IMG/VR virus record: IMGVR_UViG_3300010371_000029
Coordinates: 1-64,000 of that record
From: a virus
Direction: 5' to 3' (one strand)
Length of the DNA stretch: 64,000 nt
Part shown: piece after piece, positions 25,918-36,340 of the stretch
Layout of the letters: every line of letters starts with the position of its first letter
Position numbering within the stretch: position 1 is the stretch's first letter
Notes under the pieces: generated by a model
What the model was told of the DNA's origin: nothing
What the model saw: the letters and a program-made list of their open reading frames with translations, nothing else
Database searches by the model: none
Program-made: the position numbers and the translations under genes

Positions 25918-27818
25918 TGGCTGATGAAATCCAACGTATAGATTTTGACAATCCGGTAATTAAAGGAACTGTAAATCTAGTTTTCAGCGGACAAACTACA
26001 ACTTCTATTGATGCGGCTGTTGATACAAATTCTACTATTCAAACAGCAATGGAATCTCTTTCTAATATTGGAAGTGGAAATATTGCTGTAACTGGAGATT
26101 GGACTTCTGGTTTTCAATTTACATTCCAGGGAGCTTTAGCTAATACAAACGTTTCCCAGATTACGACAGTTAATAATACATTAGTAGCCGCCGATAACTC
26201 AATAAGCGTCACGACGACAACTAGTGGCACAGTCGGACCAGCGGGATTGACGGTCGGAACCGAGATAACACACGGACAAGATGCCACAGCAGCTACGTTT
26301 ACGCTAACGGCTACAGGTGGTGACGGTACGCCACTAACCGGAAGCGGCTGGACATTCGATGGTGTCAATTTCGGGCCAACCGACACGCCGAATACGGCGA
26401 ACTGGACGGCCTCGAATGGATTCAGCACGGGAACGGGGGAAACTATCGCCTTTACGGCCACGATTCCGGGAAGTGGAAAATCACTTCCCGCCTGGGATAC
26501 ATCAACCCTCATCGACTCGGACTCGAACCTGATTACAGTTGCCGACAACAGTACCTTCGCCGATGGTGTAGATTCAGTTGAGGAAGTTGAGACAATCAGT
26601 TGTGTCTATGCACCGTCGAGCGGGAGTTACAACATCGGGACCGGAACTGCAAACTACAACGATTCAGCAGCAACCGTTCAAGGACTAATCAACTCGTATC
26701 TCAGTTCGATTTCTTCAGGCTTCACGGTAACTGTATCGGGAGGAACGTTAGATACTGGCACTGACTTTACGGTGACTTATTTTCCAGCAGGTAGTGTTAG
26801 TTCTAGCGAGTATATGTCAAGCGGTTGGATTGGTAATACGATTAATACTTTAACTTCGATTGGTTCGTTCAATCAGGTCGATACCATCTCCTTAGATTCA
26901 AATGTGGTAAGTGGAACTTTCCATATAAACGACGTTTTAGGCATACCTTATAACGATAACGGCACTCTTGTTTTAGAATATATAGAATCTTATTTAGGAA
27001 TCAGCGGCGGCTCTATTTCTGTCGGGACTCTTTCTTGGGAATACACTTATGGGGCAACTGGAGATAATACTAGTAACACTGCACTATTAGCAGCGGCAGT
27101 TGGCGGGGATGTGCTCGGGTATGGTGGCGTTGCTGGGTACACGTTCATGGAGGGGAGTGGCAGCACGACGGCTGATATTTTTGGAAATGGATATACCGGA
27201 ACGCTGGTGAATAGCCCGAGTTGGGATGTTGATGGCGGCCTTGCATTTGACGGCACAAACTACGTAACGACGGCGTTAACCCTTCCAACAGTCGGCGCGG
27301 TGGTGATTTCATACTTATCAACTGACAACTCAACAGACCGAAGAATTATCGGCGGCGAGGATGCAGACTCGGGTAACCATGGAGTGGGCCTCTCGGTTGA
27401 TATTGCAGGAAATCTCTATGCGATTATCAGAAACAATGGCGCAAACGGCGATATAAGCGGCGGCTCACCTGCATCCATGGCCAGGGAGAACATCCTTATA
27501 TCGTGGGGCAGTTCTGGAACTGCCTTATATAGGAATGGCACGTCAGTAGGTAGCAGTGCAAACATAAGCTCCATTTCCACCGGCGGAATCTCACTTAAAA
27601 TCGGCGGGCCCGGCACTGGCACGCTAGGAGGAAACTTAAAGGGGTCTGTCTTTGTTCTGGGGGTTTTTTCAACCGCCTCAATTCTACCAACTCACGCCGC
27701 CATTGCCTCGAATGACCTGGATAGCTCGCTGACCCAGGCGGTGACGGTGACGCCGAGTACCACCCAAGACGGCAGCGGTTCTATCAATTTAAGTCCAAGT
27801 TTCGTATTATTTATATAG
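25917..27818 (+). CDS. Virion protein with repeated beta domains and a LamG/ConA-like domain
   Basis: Repeated E.Q.I...GTF.L....T..I.YN..A...Q..LE unit; YTFMEGSGSTTAD..GNG.TGTL.N...W...GLAFDG LamG pattern. Confidence 0.7.
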   Translation: MADEIQRIDFDNPVIKGTVNLVFSGQTTTSIDAAVDTNSTIQTAMESLSNIGSGNIAVTGDWTSGFQFTFQGALANTNVSQITTVNNTLVAADNSISVTTTTSGTVGPAGLTVGTEITHGQDATAATFTLTATGGDGTPLTGSGWTFDGVNFGPTDTPNTANWTASNGFSTGTGETIAFTATIPGSGKSLPAWDTSTLIDSDSNLITVADNSTFADGVDSVEEVETISCVYAPSSGSYNIGTGTANYNDSAATVQGLINSYLSSISSGFTVTVSGGTLDTGTDFTVTYFPAGSVSSSEYMSSGWIGNTINTLTSIGSFNQVDTISLDSNVVSGTFHINDVLGIPYNDNGTLVLEYIESYLGISGGSISVGTLSWEYTYGATGDNTSNTALLAAAVGGDVLGYGGVAGYTFMEGSGSTTADIFGNGYTGTLVNSPSWDVDGGLAFDGTNYVTTALTLPTVGAVVISYLSTDNSTDRRIIGGEDADSGNHGVGLSVDIAGNLYAIIRNNGANGDISGGSPASMARENILISWGSSGTALYRNGTSVGSSANISSISTGGISLKIGGPGTGTLGGNLKGSVFVLGVFSTASILPTHAAIASNDLDSSLTQAVTVTPSTTQDGSGSINLSPSFVLFI

Positions 27819-27827
27819 GAAGTTTAA

Positions 27828-28193
27828 ATGGCTATTTTCAATCCCAATCCAGTACAGGGTTCAGGTATAACTTATGATTGCTTGTGGATTACCAATATAA
27901 CCATTGCTACCCCCGTTAATCAGGACGGGAATGTTGCGTTCTTTTTAAAAGAATATGGAGTGTGGCCCAGCGGCCAAACTCTTATTACGCCGGCAAGCGG
28001 GGAGCCTTACTATCAAACAACAGGTGGGAACATTGGGCTTTCTCCCAATCCGGTTCAACCTACAATTATTCATAATTACATGTCCCTTATCGAAATGGGC
28101 CTTCCGTTTTCTAACGCACTAGCATCAGGGATTAGTTTAGTAGAAGAAGCTGTCCAGGGTTATATATTAGCTAAAGCCTCAGGTTTAATATGA
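27828..28193 (+). CDS. Small virion-associated protein
   Basis: In the fibre operon; Ser-Gly rich. Confidence 0.6.
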   Translation: MAIFNPNPVQGSGITYDCLWITNITIATPVNQDGNVAFFLKEYGVWPSGQTLITPASGEPYYQTTGGNIGLSPNPVQPTIIHNYMSLIEMGLPFSNALASGISLVEEAVQGYILAKASGLI

Positions 28194-28828
28194 ACATTTT
28201 ATTCAATGGCACAAGTGGATTAACGCTTGTAGCTACAATTCAAAGATTGTCCGATGGGTTTTATTATGAGCCTGGTGGTGGCACGTTCAATAGCGCTCCA
28301 CTCTTTTCAGCTAAAGAAATAACTCTAACAGAGGGTTCATCTGAGAATTTGGGCTCTTATACTGGAAGTGCGACTAGCACTTCCTGGAATGATGGATTAT
28401 ACCTTTTAAGAGTTCATAACACTGGTAGTTCTAACGTTTGTATCGGCTCACAAATATTTTCGATTAAGGGCGGCTTCGAGGTTGAAATAGGCGCTGAGAG
28501 CACGGCGTTTGATTATTATTACGCATATTGCAACTACCAACGTAGTTTAACAGGTTCGTCCGAAATGTACGAAATTGTTTGGTTCCACAACGGAGCCCCC
28601 GTAACCTCTGGGATAACTTCACCTAATTTAGAAGTCATAAGCCCAGATGGGACCGATTTAATTAACACTACTCCCACACAAATAGGGTCTACGGGAATTT
28701 ATTCGTATGTCACAACAAACTCGGGTGAATTTATAACAAGTGGAGATTCTTATACTATAATTATGAACGCGACTATAAATGGGTCGTCAAGAAGTTATAG
28801 AACAGTTTTAGGAAGAGATGCTTCTTAA
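28190..28828 (+). CDS. Virion protein, Ig-like beta sandwiches
   Basis: Two beta-rich halves (GSY...DGLY.L; TGIYSY...GDSYTI). Confidence 0.6.
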   Translation: MNILFNGTSGLTLVATIQRLSDGFYYEPGGGTFNSAPLFSAKEITLTEGSSENLGSYTGSATSTSWNDGLYLLRVHNTGSSNVCIGSQIFSIKGGFEVEIGAESTAFDYYYAYCNYQRSLTGSSEMYEIVWFHNGAPVTSGITSPNLEVISPDGTDLINTTPTQIGSTGIYSYVTTNSGEFITSGDSYTIIMNATINGSSRSYRTVLGRDAS

Positions 28829-29802
28829 TGATAGTTCATCATAATACGCCATTATATATTTTAAATGAAAGATTTGGTAAATTAAGAGTAATTAGATTTT
28901 TGAATAAAGAAGAACGTACTCGTCCTAAAGGTGGATTTTACTATTTTTTCTTTTGTAAGTGTGACTGTGGGAAAAATTGTATTGTTAATAAAAGAGATTT
29001 AAAAAAGGCTCTTAGGCCCACCCGTTCATGCGGCTGTTTGACAGGAGAAATTATTTCAAAACGTAGACAAAATAAATATATCTATAAAAGATTTGGAAAA
29101 TTATTTGTTTTGGTGCAGAGTTATATAGAAGACACTATACCTTATTTTTGGTGTGAATGTGATTGTGGTAATGTAGTAAATATTCCAAGAAGAAGTTTAG
29201 ATGATGGAAGAACGTGCTGTGGCTGTGAAAGATATAAAGAAAGAACTGAGTTTAATAGAAGAAAACTAGAAAATAAAAGGTTTGGTCGTTTAGTTGTTAA
29301 AAAAATTGAAAGTTTTGGCCCATTAAAATATAAGTGTTTGTGTGACTGTGGTAGAGAAGTTATTAAAAAATCTACAGTTTTGGGTCATAAAGGTGGAGTA
29401 CAATCGTGTGGGGAATGTGATAATAGAGTAAACGGAATAAAAGTTTCTTTTGACCAAGAAAATATTCATAAGCTTATAGGTGGTCAGTTAAATTATAAAA
29501 TAGGTAGATTTGCAGCCGATATAGCTTTTGTAGAAGAAAAAATAATAGTAGAAGTCGATTGTTGGTATTGGCATGCTGATAAATTAGACAAAGACGATAT
29601 AAGAAATAAAAAGTTAATTAATTTGGGTTGGAAAATTATAAGACTTCGATATAGAGTTAAATTACCTAAATTAGAAGATATTAAAATTTGTTTTGCACAA
29701 ATAAAAAATAATAATTTAGTATATCACACAATGAGTGATTGGGGAAAAGGGTCTTTTAAGGTATTTAAAAAGAAGGCCAAAGAGGTTTTATGCCCGCTTT
29801 AG
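28828..29802 (+). CDS. Homing endonuclease: CxCDCG repeats plus Vsr/DUF559 (EDxHD-like) domain
   Basis: Three RFG.L.V...CxCDCG repeats; ADIAF..KIIVEVDCWYWH...D..RN..L...GWKIIRL. Confidence 0.8.
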   Translation: MIVHHNTPLYILNERFGKLRVIRFLNKEERTRPKGGFYYFFFCKCDCGKNCIVNKRDLKKALRPTRSCGCLTGEIISKRRQNKYIYKRFGKLFVLVQSYIEDTIPYFWCECDCGNVVNIPRRSLDDGRTCCGCERYKERTEFNRRKLENKRFGRLVVKKIESFGPLKYKCLCDCGREVIKKSTVLGHKGGVQSCGECDNRVNGIKVSFDQENIHKLIGGQLNYKIGRFAADIAFVEEKIIVEVDCWYWHADKLDKDDIRNKKLINLGWKIIRLRYRVKLPKLEDIKICFAQIKNNNLVYHTMSDWGKGSFKVFKKKAKEVLCPL

Positions 29803-30302
29803 ATGTAAACGGCGTTCTAGAAACAATTTTACGTCAACTTATTAATGATACGTCTGATACTCCAACATATTCAGATGAACGTTTGATACAGTTGCTCGCT
29901 GTTGCAAGTTTTCAGGTAATAAGTGATTGCGACTTTCCTATTAACTACGTCGTTGATTTTAACACAAATACTATAACCCCGGACCCAGTAGATTCGGACC
30001 CACCTGATGATTTTTTTGTCAATTTATGTACACTTAAGGCCGCCTGTATTTTAGATAGAGGGAATTACCGTACCGCTGTCGGGGGTGGTATCAAGATTAG
30101 CGATAGTGGAAGCTTAATAGATACGGTTTCGGCTTTAAAAGGATTTACTGATTTAATGAAAAATGGAAATTGTGCTGCTTATCAGAGTTTATTAGACAGG
30201 TACACTATTGCAAATAGGGCTACGGGCGAGTGTCTGCTAGGCCCATTTTCTTTGGCAATTTTATACCCAGTGGCATTTAGAGACCGCGCAAGGTATTTCT
30301 AG
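29790..30302 (+). CDS. Head-tail adaptor-like protein
   Basis: LRQLINDT....YSDERL resembles connector N-termini; position in the neck module. Confidence 0.6.
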   Translation: MPALDVNGVLETILRQLINDTSDTPTYSDERLIQLLAVASFQVISDCDFPINYVVDFNTNTITPDPVDSDPPDDFFVNLCTLKAACILDRGNYRTAVGGGIKISDSGSLIDTVSALKGFTDLMKNGNCAAYQSLLDRYTIANRATGECLLGPFSLAILYPVAFRDRARYF

Positions 30303-30322
30303 CAAAGGATTTACGACGATTT

Positions 30323-30880
30323 ATGGAAACTGATTTCAATCGTATTACTAACGTACAAATCTCCGATGTATTGATGGAAACTGTAGATTTTAAGGAAGGA
30401 CTTGAAAAACAAAAAAGAGAAGGATTAATAGGAGATTCGCCCTATAAAAATAAAAGACATAAAACCAAGAAGATTTCTACTCCGACGGGGCCGGCTAATG
30501 TTGATGTAGAAATAATTCCTATTGTAAACTGGATGAATTCATTTGATGGGATTTTTACTAAGTATTGTTGTCAGGGTTCAGTAGAAACAATTGAGGAAAA
30601 TTTAAGTTATGCTTCGATGGACATGGAAATAGTTCATAAGCACAAATATTATAATAATCCATATGTTATGTTTAATTGCTCAAATTTAGACTCTTTGTAT
30701 AAAATTTTTAAGATATTAGATGATTTTAGCGAAAGTAATAAAATTGAACATATTGGTTTAAAATATCATCAAATTAAATATAGTTTATCCTTTTTAGATG
30801 GCGAAGTAGCTTATACAGTTAAATGGTATGATATAGTGGCGATGAAGGATTTTATTCAATTTTTAGGGGAAAAGATATGA
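30323..30880 (+). CDS. Hypothetical protein with a TYW3-like motif
   Basis: VDVEIIPIVNWMN...TKYCCQG. Confidence 0.55.
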   Translation: METDFNRITNVQISDVLMETVDFKEGLEKQKREGLIGDSPYKNKRHKTKKISTPTGPANVDVEIIPIVNWMNSFDGIFTKYCCQGSVETIEENLSYASMDMEIVHKHKYYNNPYVMFNCSNLDSLYKIFKILDDFSESNKIEHIGLKYHQIKYSLSFLDGEVAYTVKWYDIVAMKDFIQFLGEKI

Positions 30881-31947
30881 GTATAGAGGATAGAATAAAT
30901 AAATATATAAATCAGGTGCCAACCCCAAAAGTAATTCCTATAAGATTTGATAAGTTTGTAGAATATAACAAAGGTAAAATAGCGTTTTATATTTGTAGAT
31001 GTGATTGTGGTAAAGAAAAATCAATAAATATTTTAAATATTGTTGATGGTAGAGTTAAAAGTTGTGGATGTTCTAGAATTAAACATGGTAAATTTGTTGA
31101 TGGTAAAAGAATTACAAAAGGAGGAAAACCTAAATCCGAAGCTTGGCGTAAGGTTATGGCAGATAAATGTAGAGAAAAAAGATTAAAGAAATGGATTGGA
31201 AGACACGGAGATTTAGAAATTTTAAAAGAAAGCGAATGGAGTAGACCCGGAAGAAAATATTTCGATGTTTTTTGTTATAAATGTAATAGAAATGCTTCTG
31301 TAAATTATCAGAATTTAAATTTAGGTAGGTTTGATTGCGGGTGTACTAAGAGGAGTTCACATTTTAAGAAAGAAAAATTAGCTAAAGGTAGAAAATTTGG
31401 AAATTGAGAAGTCGTTGAATTCATAACAGAAATAGAAAATTATGGTAAATATAAATGTGTGTGTAAGTGTGGGAGAGAAAGAATAACTACAAGAACAAAA
31501 TTGCTTAGGCGTTTAGTTAGAACTTGTGGTAATTGTGAAACGTTAGTAAATGGTAGAAAATGTTCATTGGACCAAAAAGAAGTAGCTAGTATGATAGGAG
31601 GAGAGTTGAATTATAAAGTTGGTAATAAATATTTAGATATTGCTTTTCCAGATAAAATGATTGTTGTAGAGATTGATGCGTGGTATTGGCACGGACATAA
31701 ATCAGAGAAAGATACTGAGAGAGATAGATTTTTGAATTCCAAAGGCTGGAAAATTTTACATATTAGAATAGGCGGGAATGCAAAACTACCAAATAAAGAA
31801 AAGATATTACAATTTTTATATAATTTAAAAATAAAAGAAGTGGAATTTTTGACTTGGAAAGGATGGGGTATAGGAAAAACAGTAGAACAAACTAGAAAAG
31901 AACGCAAACAGAAAAAGAAATTAGAAGAGGCTAAAAATGTCTGTTGA
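30877..31947 (+). pseudogene. Vsr/DUF559-type homing endonuclease interrupted by one in-frame TGA
   Basis: 30877..31407 and 31459..31947 share a frame and read GRKFGN*EVVEF...YKCVCKCG across the TGA at 31405-31407; paralog of 28828..29802. Confidence 0.8.
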
Positions 31948-32137
31948 TTTAGTATTAGTAAAAAGTGGTTCGTTAGTTAATAATATGGGACGTACTTGTT
32001 CTGTAATGCCTAATGGAACAGCTATGGTCCAACAGGATAATCTTGGACCTGAAGTTCCTTATAACAATACGGTACTTGGAGAAGTTGCGTTGATTGTAGA
32101 AGATAGGCTAAATTGGCCCGTTTATTACAGCGCATAA
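31937..32137 (+). CDS. Small hypothetical protein
   Basis: 66 aa, GAGG RBS. Confidence 0.65.
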   Translation: MSVDLVLVKSGSLVNNMGRTCSVMPNGTAMVQQDNLGPEVPYNNTVLGEVALIVEDRLNWPVYYSA

Positions 32138-32165
32138 TTACCTATCTTAACACATTGGAACTAAA

Positions 32166-32672
32166 ATGGCCGACCTTTTTACCATAAGTCCCGATATAAT
32201 AGCTACTTACGTGGCTGGGATATCGGCGTTAGTCGAACAATTAGGGAAGAACTGCACACTTGTATACCCGCCAACAAAAATTAGTTGCCCCAACTGCACC
32301 TATGACCCTATCTTAAAGAAGTCAAACAATGTATGGAACGGTACAGGTCCCGTTCCATTTTCAGGAGGTATCTGTCCGTATTGTACTGGTATAGGTCTTT
32401 CTACTCAAAATGTAACGAAAGTGGTTAAGGGACTTTTACAGTGGAGCCCCAAAGATATAGGGCGGTATGGCAGCAATGTAGAACCGAAAGACATTGTGAA
32501 ACTTAAAACCTATGCTACTAACGCCCAAGATATTTTAAACGCGACTGAGGTAATAGTAGACTCAGACCTAATAGGCATTGCTAACCAACGCTGCAAACTC
32601 CTAAAAGGTCCCACTTTTATTGGGTTACAATCGTCTAAGTTTGTTGTATTTTATTTCCAGCGAATTAATTAA
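32166..32672 (+). CDS. Head-closure / neck protein with Zn-finger insert
   Basis: CPNC...CPYC.G.G; position in the neck module. Confidence 0.6.
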   Translation: MADLFTISPDIIATYVAGISALVEQLGKNCTLVYPPTKISCPNCTYDPILKKSNNVWNGTGPVPFSGGICPYCTGIGLSTQNVTKVVKGLLQWSPKDIGRYGSNVEPKDIVKLKTYATNAQDILNATEVIVDSDLIGIANQRCKLLKGPTFIGLQSSKFVVFYFQRIN

Positions 32673-32680
32673 GGGCAAAA

Positions 32681-33376
32681 ATGCCCACTGTAAATATCAA
32701 CGATTTTCCGGCTTTTCAAAAAGCCGTGATAAATGAGTTCGGGTTTAAACTAAAAGATTATTTAGACGTTGCCACTAAAACAATACAAAATGGAATTCGT
32801 TCCTTAATTATTACAGAAATACAAAACTCCCATGAATATAAGCTTCTCTTGGATAATAGCTCGTCTGGGCCTGATTTTAGAGCGGATTTTGGTACGAACC
32901 GGCTTGGCGGTCCTTTACGCGATATGCTCAACGTATTTGCGAACCAAGTTTCCCTCGAAAGCAAAGCTCGAAAAACACCCCGAGACATCAAAGTTAGATT
33001 AACGTTTAATATTGTAGAGGGCGATTTCGAGAAAGTATGCGAACTTCCTTCTGTTCAATACATATCCGAGCCTTCGGGCTCTGTGATAAATTGGTTAAAA
33101 TGGATTTTAAAGGAAGGGTCTACCGTTATGCGGGGATGGACAATAGACTATGACCTGTCCGCCAGTGCTAAACTTAGGTCTAGAACGGGCCGGGCGATTA
33201 TGAGAAGGTTAGGGCCTAAAAGACAAGAGTTGGGCTATCGCCCCTGGCGTCTGCCGCCCCCATTTTTTGGGGATGATGAAGACTATAATTTCGTTACCCG
33301 CGCCTTGACTAGTGAGCATTTCAAACGGGCCGTTTCTAAACTTATTTCCAAAACTTTAATTGAAACCAGGATATGA
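32681..33376 (+). CDS. Neck / tail-completion protein
   Basis: Position; basic protein with WLKWIL..G and SRTGRAIM. Confidence 0.55.
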   Translation: MPTVNINDFPAFQKAVINEFGFKLKDYLDVATKTIQNGIRSLIITEIQNSHEYKLLLDNSSSGPDFRADFGTNRLGGPLRDMLNVFANQVSLESKARKTPRDIKVRLTFNIVEGDFEKVCELPSVQYISEPSGSVINWLKWILKEGSTVMRGWTIDYDLSASAKLRSRTGRAIMRRLGPKRQELGYRPWRLPPPFFGDDEDYNFVTRALTSEHFKRAVSKLISKTLIETRI

Positions 33377-34353
33377 GTTCCTCCCCTCAAACGTTCTTAA
33401 AAGGGATTAAAAATATAGGAGGCATCAATCTAGGCGCGGCTCTTGAGCGTTCCTTTATTGAATATTTGAACTGGGGCTTACTTGGGGCGGGTGGTTTCTT
33501 TAATGTGGAACCAAGTCAATCCTCAGCGTGGGGCGGGGACCAATCGAGGCTACGGCTTTCCGGGGACGAACGATATAACGGGACTGTATACGAAGGTTTC
33601 CGAGCCAATTGGGTTTGGGAAAGTGGGGTAAATCTACAAACAGGGGGCAGCCAACCAATACAGGCATCGGGCGTAATAGTTAATGGGGAATTTATAAGCG
33701 TAGATACGCCGGCCTCAGGATTATATTCGCACACTATAGATTATCCCAACGGCCGTGTGATATTCAACTCTCCTTTAACTAACGGTGAAACCGTACAATG
33801 TGCGTTTTCGCATCGCTGGGTACAAGTTGAAACTACGGAACATCCCGGTTTTGAACAATTATTCTATCGGTCCTATAGGGTGGATGACCCCACATTTTTA
33901 CAAACATCCGGTAATTGGGGCGTCCTTCCTGAAGAGAGGGTGCAACTTCCGGCAATTTTCGTGGAACAATTGGGTTCAGAGGAAAGTCAGGGATTACAAC
34001 TAGGGGGCGGCCTTATTATACGTAGAGCTTGTCTCTCATGGGTTTTTGCTGAGAATAAGTTTGACCGGGATAATCTTGTTGACTTAATTAATTATCAAAA
34101 TAGATTAAATGTTGGTGTATTAGACTATAACTTAATGGCGCAGAATGGATATAGTCCCCTTACGGCAATTGGCGGAATTAATGAAGGTGCTCTTACATAT
34201 CCCCAACTTGTTCAGGACGTGGCTAACAGTGGATACTTATATTTGAACGCCTTCATAATTGACTCTAAAATAATGCCTCAAGAAGAAAAAACTAATTATG
34301 CTTTCGTCGGTAAAGTTAGAACGATATTCGAGATATACTCGCCGTGGCTATAG
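33373..34353 (+). CDS. Tail terminator-like virion protein
   Basis: IDYPNGRVIF; QLPAIFVE...G.QLGGG; upstream of the tail tube. Confidence 0.55.
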   Translation: MSSSPQTFLKGIKNIGGINLGAALERSFIEYLNWGLLGAGGFFNVEPSQSSAWGGDQSRLRLSGDERYNGTVYEGFRANWVWESGVNLQTGGSQPIQASGVIVNGEFISVDTPASGLYSHTIDYPNGRVIFNSPLTNGETVQCAFSHRWVQVETTEHPGFEQLFYRSYRVDDPTFLQTSGNWGVLPEERVQLPAIFVEQLGSEESQGLQLGGGLIIRRACLSWVFAENKFDRDNLVDLINYQNRLNVGVLDYNLMAQNGYSPLTAIGGINEGALTYPQLVQDVANSGYLYLNAFIIDSKIMPQEEKTNYAFVGKVRTIFEIYSPWL

Positions 34354-35138
34354 AAAGAGCAATTTCGGGACAGACAAAAGGAAGTGAAATTTACTTCAAA
34401 GCTGCCACTGAAAAATATGTAAATAAACATTTTGGCAAATTATTTGTTCACGGTATAAGTAAAAATAAGAGATATAATGATAGGCTCTATATCGTTACAT
34501 GTGAGTGTACCCCAAATGAAGAATTTGAAGTGTCAAGTACAAGATTACACGATGAGGGAAGTTGTGGCTGTTTAATGTATGCTGAAAGGTCTAGAAGGAC
34601 TATTTTAAAAGATTATACCGGTAAACAGTTTGGGCCTTTTAAAGTTGTAAAATTGCACAGTTTAAAACCTACGAAATATGAGTGTGTTTGCCCAAAAGGA
34701 CATATATTCTATTTTACTACTAGTACATTAAAAAAGAAAGCTAAGACAAAGTGTTGTTCTGAATGTTGGTGCATGGAAAACGGACGAGCGTGTTCAGTTT
34801 TGCAAAAATGTGTTCAAAATCTAACTGGCGGTGTATTAAACTACAGATTTGGCACACGTTATTTCGATATTTGCTTAGAATCTGAAAAAATAGTCATAGA
34901 AGTAGATTCTTGGTACTGGCACGCTCAAAGATTAGACCAGGACCTTATACGAGATAAGTTTATTTTATCTTCAGGTTGGAAATTTATAAAAATTTGTACC
35001 GGAATGACTATTCCAACCCAAGAAGAAATTAACGAATGTATAGCAGCGGTAAAACAATACGGCTTCGTTACACTTTATCTCGATGGTTGGGGCGAAGGGC
35101 CAACAGCTAATTTAAAAAAACTCAAAAATAAAACTTAG
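34344..35138 (+). CDS. Homing endonuclease, Vsr/DUF559 (EDxHD-like)
   Basis: HFGKL.V...CEC...SCGC; GGVLNYRFG..FDI...IVIEVDSWYWH...D..RD...GWK. Confidence 0.8.
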   Translation: MAIERAISGQTKGSEIYFKAATEKYVNKHFGKLFVHGISKNKRYNDRLYIVTCECTPNEEFEVSSTRLHDEGSCGCLMYAERSRRTILKDYTGKQFGPFKVVKLHSLKPTKYECVCPKGHIFYFTTSTLKKKAKTKCCSECWCMENGRACSVLQKCVQNLTGGVLNYRFGTRYFDICLESEKIVIEVDSWYWHAQRLDQDLIRDKFILSSGWKFIKICTGMTIPTQEEINECIAAVKQYGFVTLYLDGWGEGPTANLKKLKNKT

Positions 35139-35262
35139 TGGTGCATGGGAGAAACCCTAAACAATGGGATTTTATCACTCGATTGCACCAAGAAGTGTAT
35201 TTAATAACGGCAACGGCCTTTCAGGCCCTTACACTCCCAATAATTCAGGGAATATAGGTAAA

Positions 35263-36285
35263 ATGGGTAATCAACGGTTATTCTATGCGTGCGAAGCCAT
35301 AGGTATTGCTCCTCAATCGAGCACCAGTTTTAAGACCGTCCACGGCGTTCAAAGTGTCGGTATTTCCACTCAGTTTAATCTGATTCAGGTTTTTGAACTT
35401 GGTCAGCTTAATCTTTATGACTACCCGGAAAATATTCCGAACATCGAAGTAACGATGGAGCGGGTATTGGATGGTTATCCTCTTGCTTATGACTTAGCCA
35501 CGCATAATGCGCCTTCTCAGAGTTTAGTAGGACGTTCAGCGCAGCAGTGTAATATTGCCATGAGCCTTTTCCCCGATACTAATGGGGCTGCTTCAGGTGA
35601 CGCTCTTTTCCAAGTTACCTGTTCGGGCATGTTTGTGTCGTCTTTAAGCTATAGCCTTTCTGTAGGTGACAATAGTAAAGAAAACATTACCTTTGTGGGT
35701 AATAATAAGTATTGGTCCTCTGGTTTAGCCTGCACTTTTGAGAATCCCTTTACCGGTTCTGATTTCCCTCTTGCTACTGCTGGTGGTTCGGGTGGTACTC
35801 AACGCCGTGAAGATGTTCTCATGGGTAGCTCCTATTGGCCCAAGGGAATGCTCGGCATTTCAACCTCCGGTACTAATGATATGCCGGCCGGCAGCGCTAA
35901 GTTTAACTGTCCTATCCAAAGTGTTAACATTTCGGTCGATTTGGGCCGGGATGACCTATTCCAACTTGGAACTAGAGCCCAGTATTTCCGCTATGTAAAT
36001 TTCCCTGTTGAAGTCACTACGGCTATCGAAGTTCTTTCAAACGAACAGGGCGATTACGTTAATGCTTATGCCACCCCCGTTGGTGGTACTAACGTTACAC
36101 CCGAAAAGATTTATGTTGCCATGAAAGACGGCACCGTATTTGACCTTGGAACGACTAATAAGCTGCAAAGTATTACCTTTGGTGGTGGGGACGTTGGTGG
36201 TGGAAACGCTACTGTAACTTATAATTATAGTAATTTCAACGTATTAACAGTAAGTCAGCCGCCCGAAGTTTTTGGGCAAGATTAA
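35263..36285 (+). CDS. Major tail tube protein
   Basis: Probable start MGNQRLFYAC (ATG 35263, AGGT RBS); VQSVGI...QVFELGQL and IQSVNISVDLGR..LFQLG repeats; followed by a hairpin. Confidence 0.75.
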   Translation: MGNQRLFYACEAIGIAPQSSTSFKTVHGVQSVGISTQFNLIQVFELGQLNLYDYPENIPNIEVTMERVLDGYPLAYDLATHNAPSQSLVGRSAQQCNIAMSLFPDTNGAASGDALFQVTCSGMFVSSLSYSLSVGDNSKENITFVGNNKYWSSGLACTFENPFTGSDFPLATAGGSGGTQRREDVLMGSSYWPKGMLGISTSGTNDMPAGSAKFNCPIQSVNISVDLGRDDLFQLGTRAQYFRYVNFPVEVTTAIEVLSNEQGDYVNAYATPVGGTNVTPEKIYVAMKDGTVFDLGTTNKLQSITFGGGDVGGGNATVTYNYSNFNVLTVSQPPEVFGQD

Positions 36286-36317
36286 AGTACATAAATATAT
36301 TATTTTTCTTTCTACCT

Positions 36318-36340
36318 ACGGCCCCTTTTGGGGCCGTTTG
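36318..36340 (+). terminator. Terminator-like hairpin
   Basis: acggcccc-tttt-ggggccgt-ttg. Confidence 0.75.

Noticed and set aside
31405-31407. Genome-wide TGA recoding
   Set aside because: Many genes end in TGA with ATGA overlaps (e.g. 13106-13109, 46118-46121) and long genes are uninterrupted in code 11.
35164-35262. N-terminal extension of the tail tube protein given by the ORF track
   Set aside because: The stretch contains a hairpin arm and the late-promoter motif, and a better RBS precedes ATG 35263.
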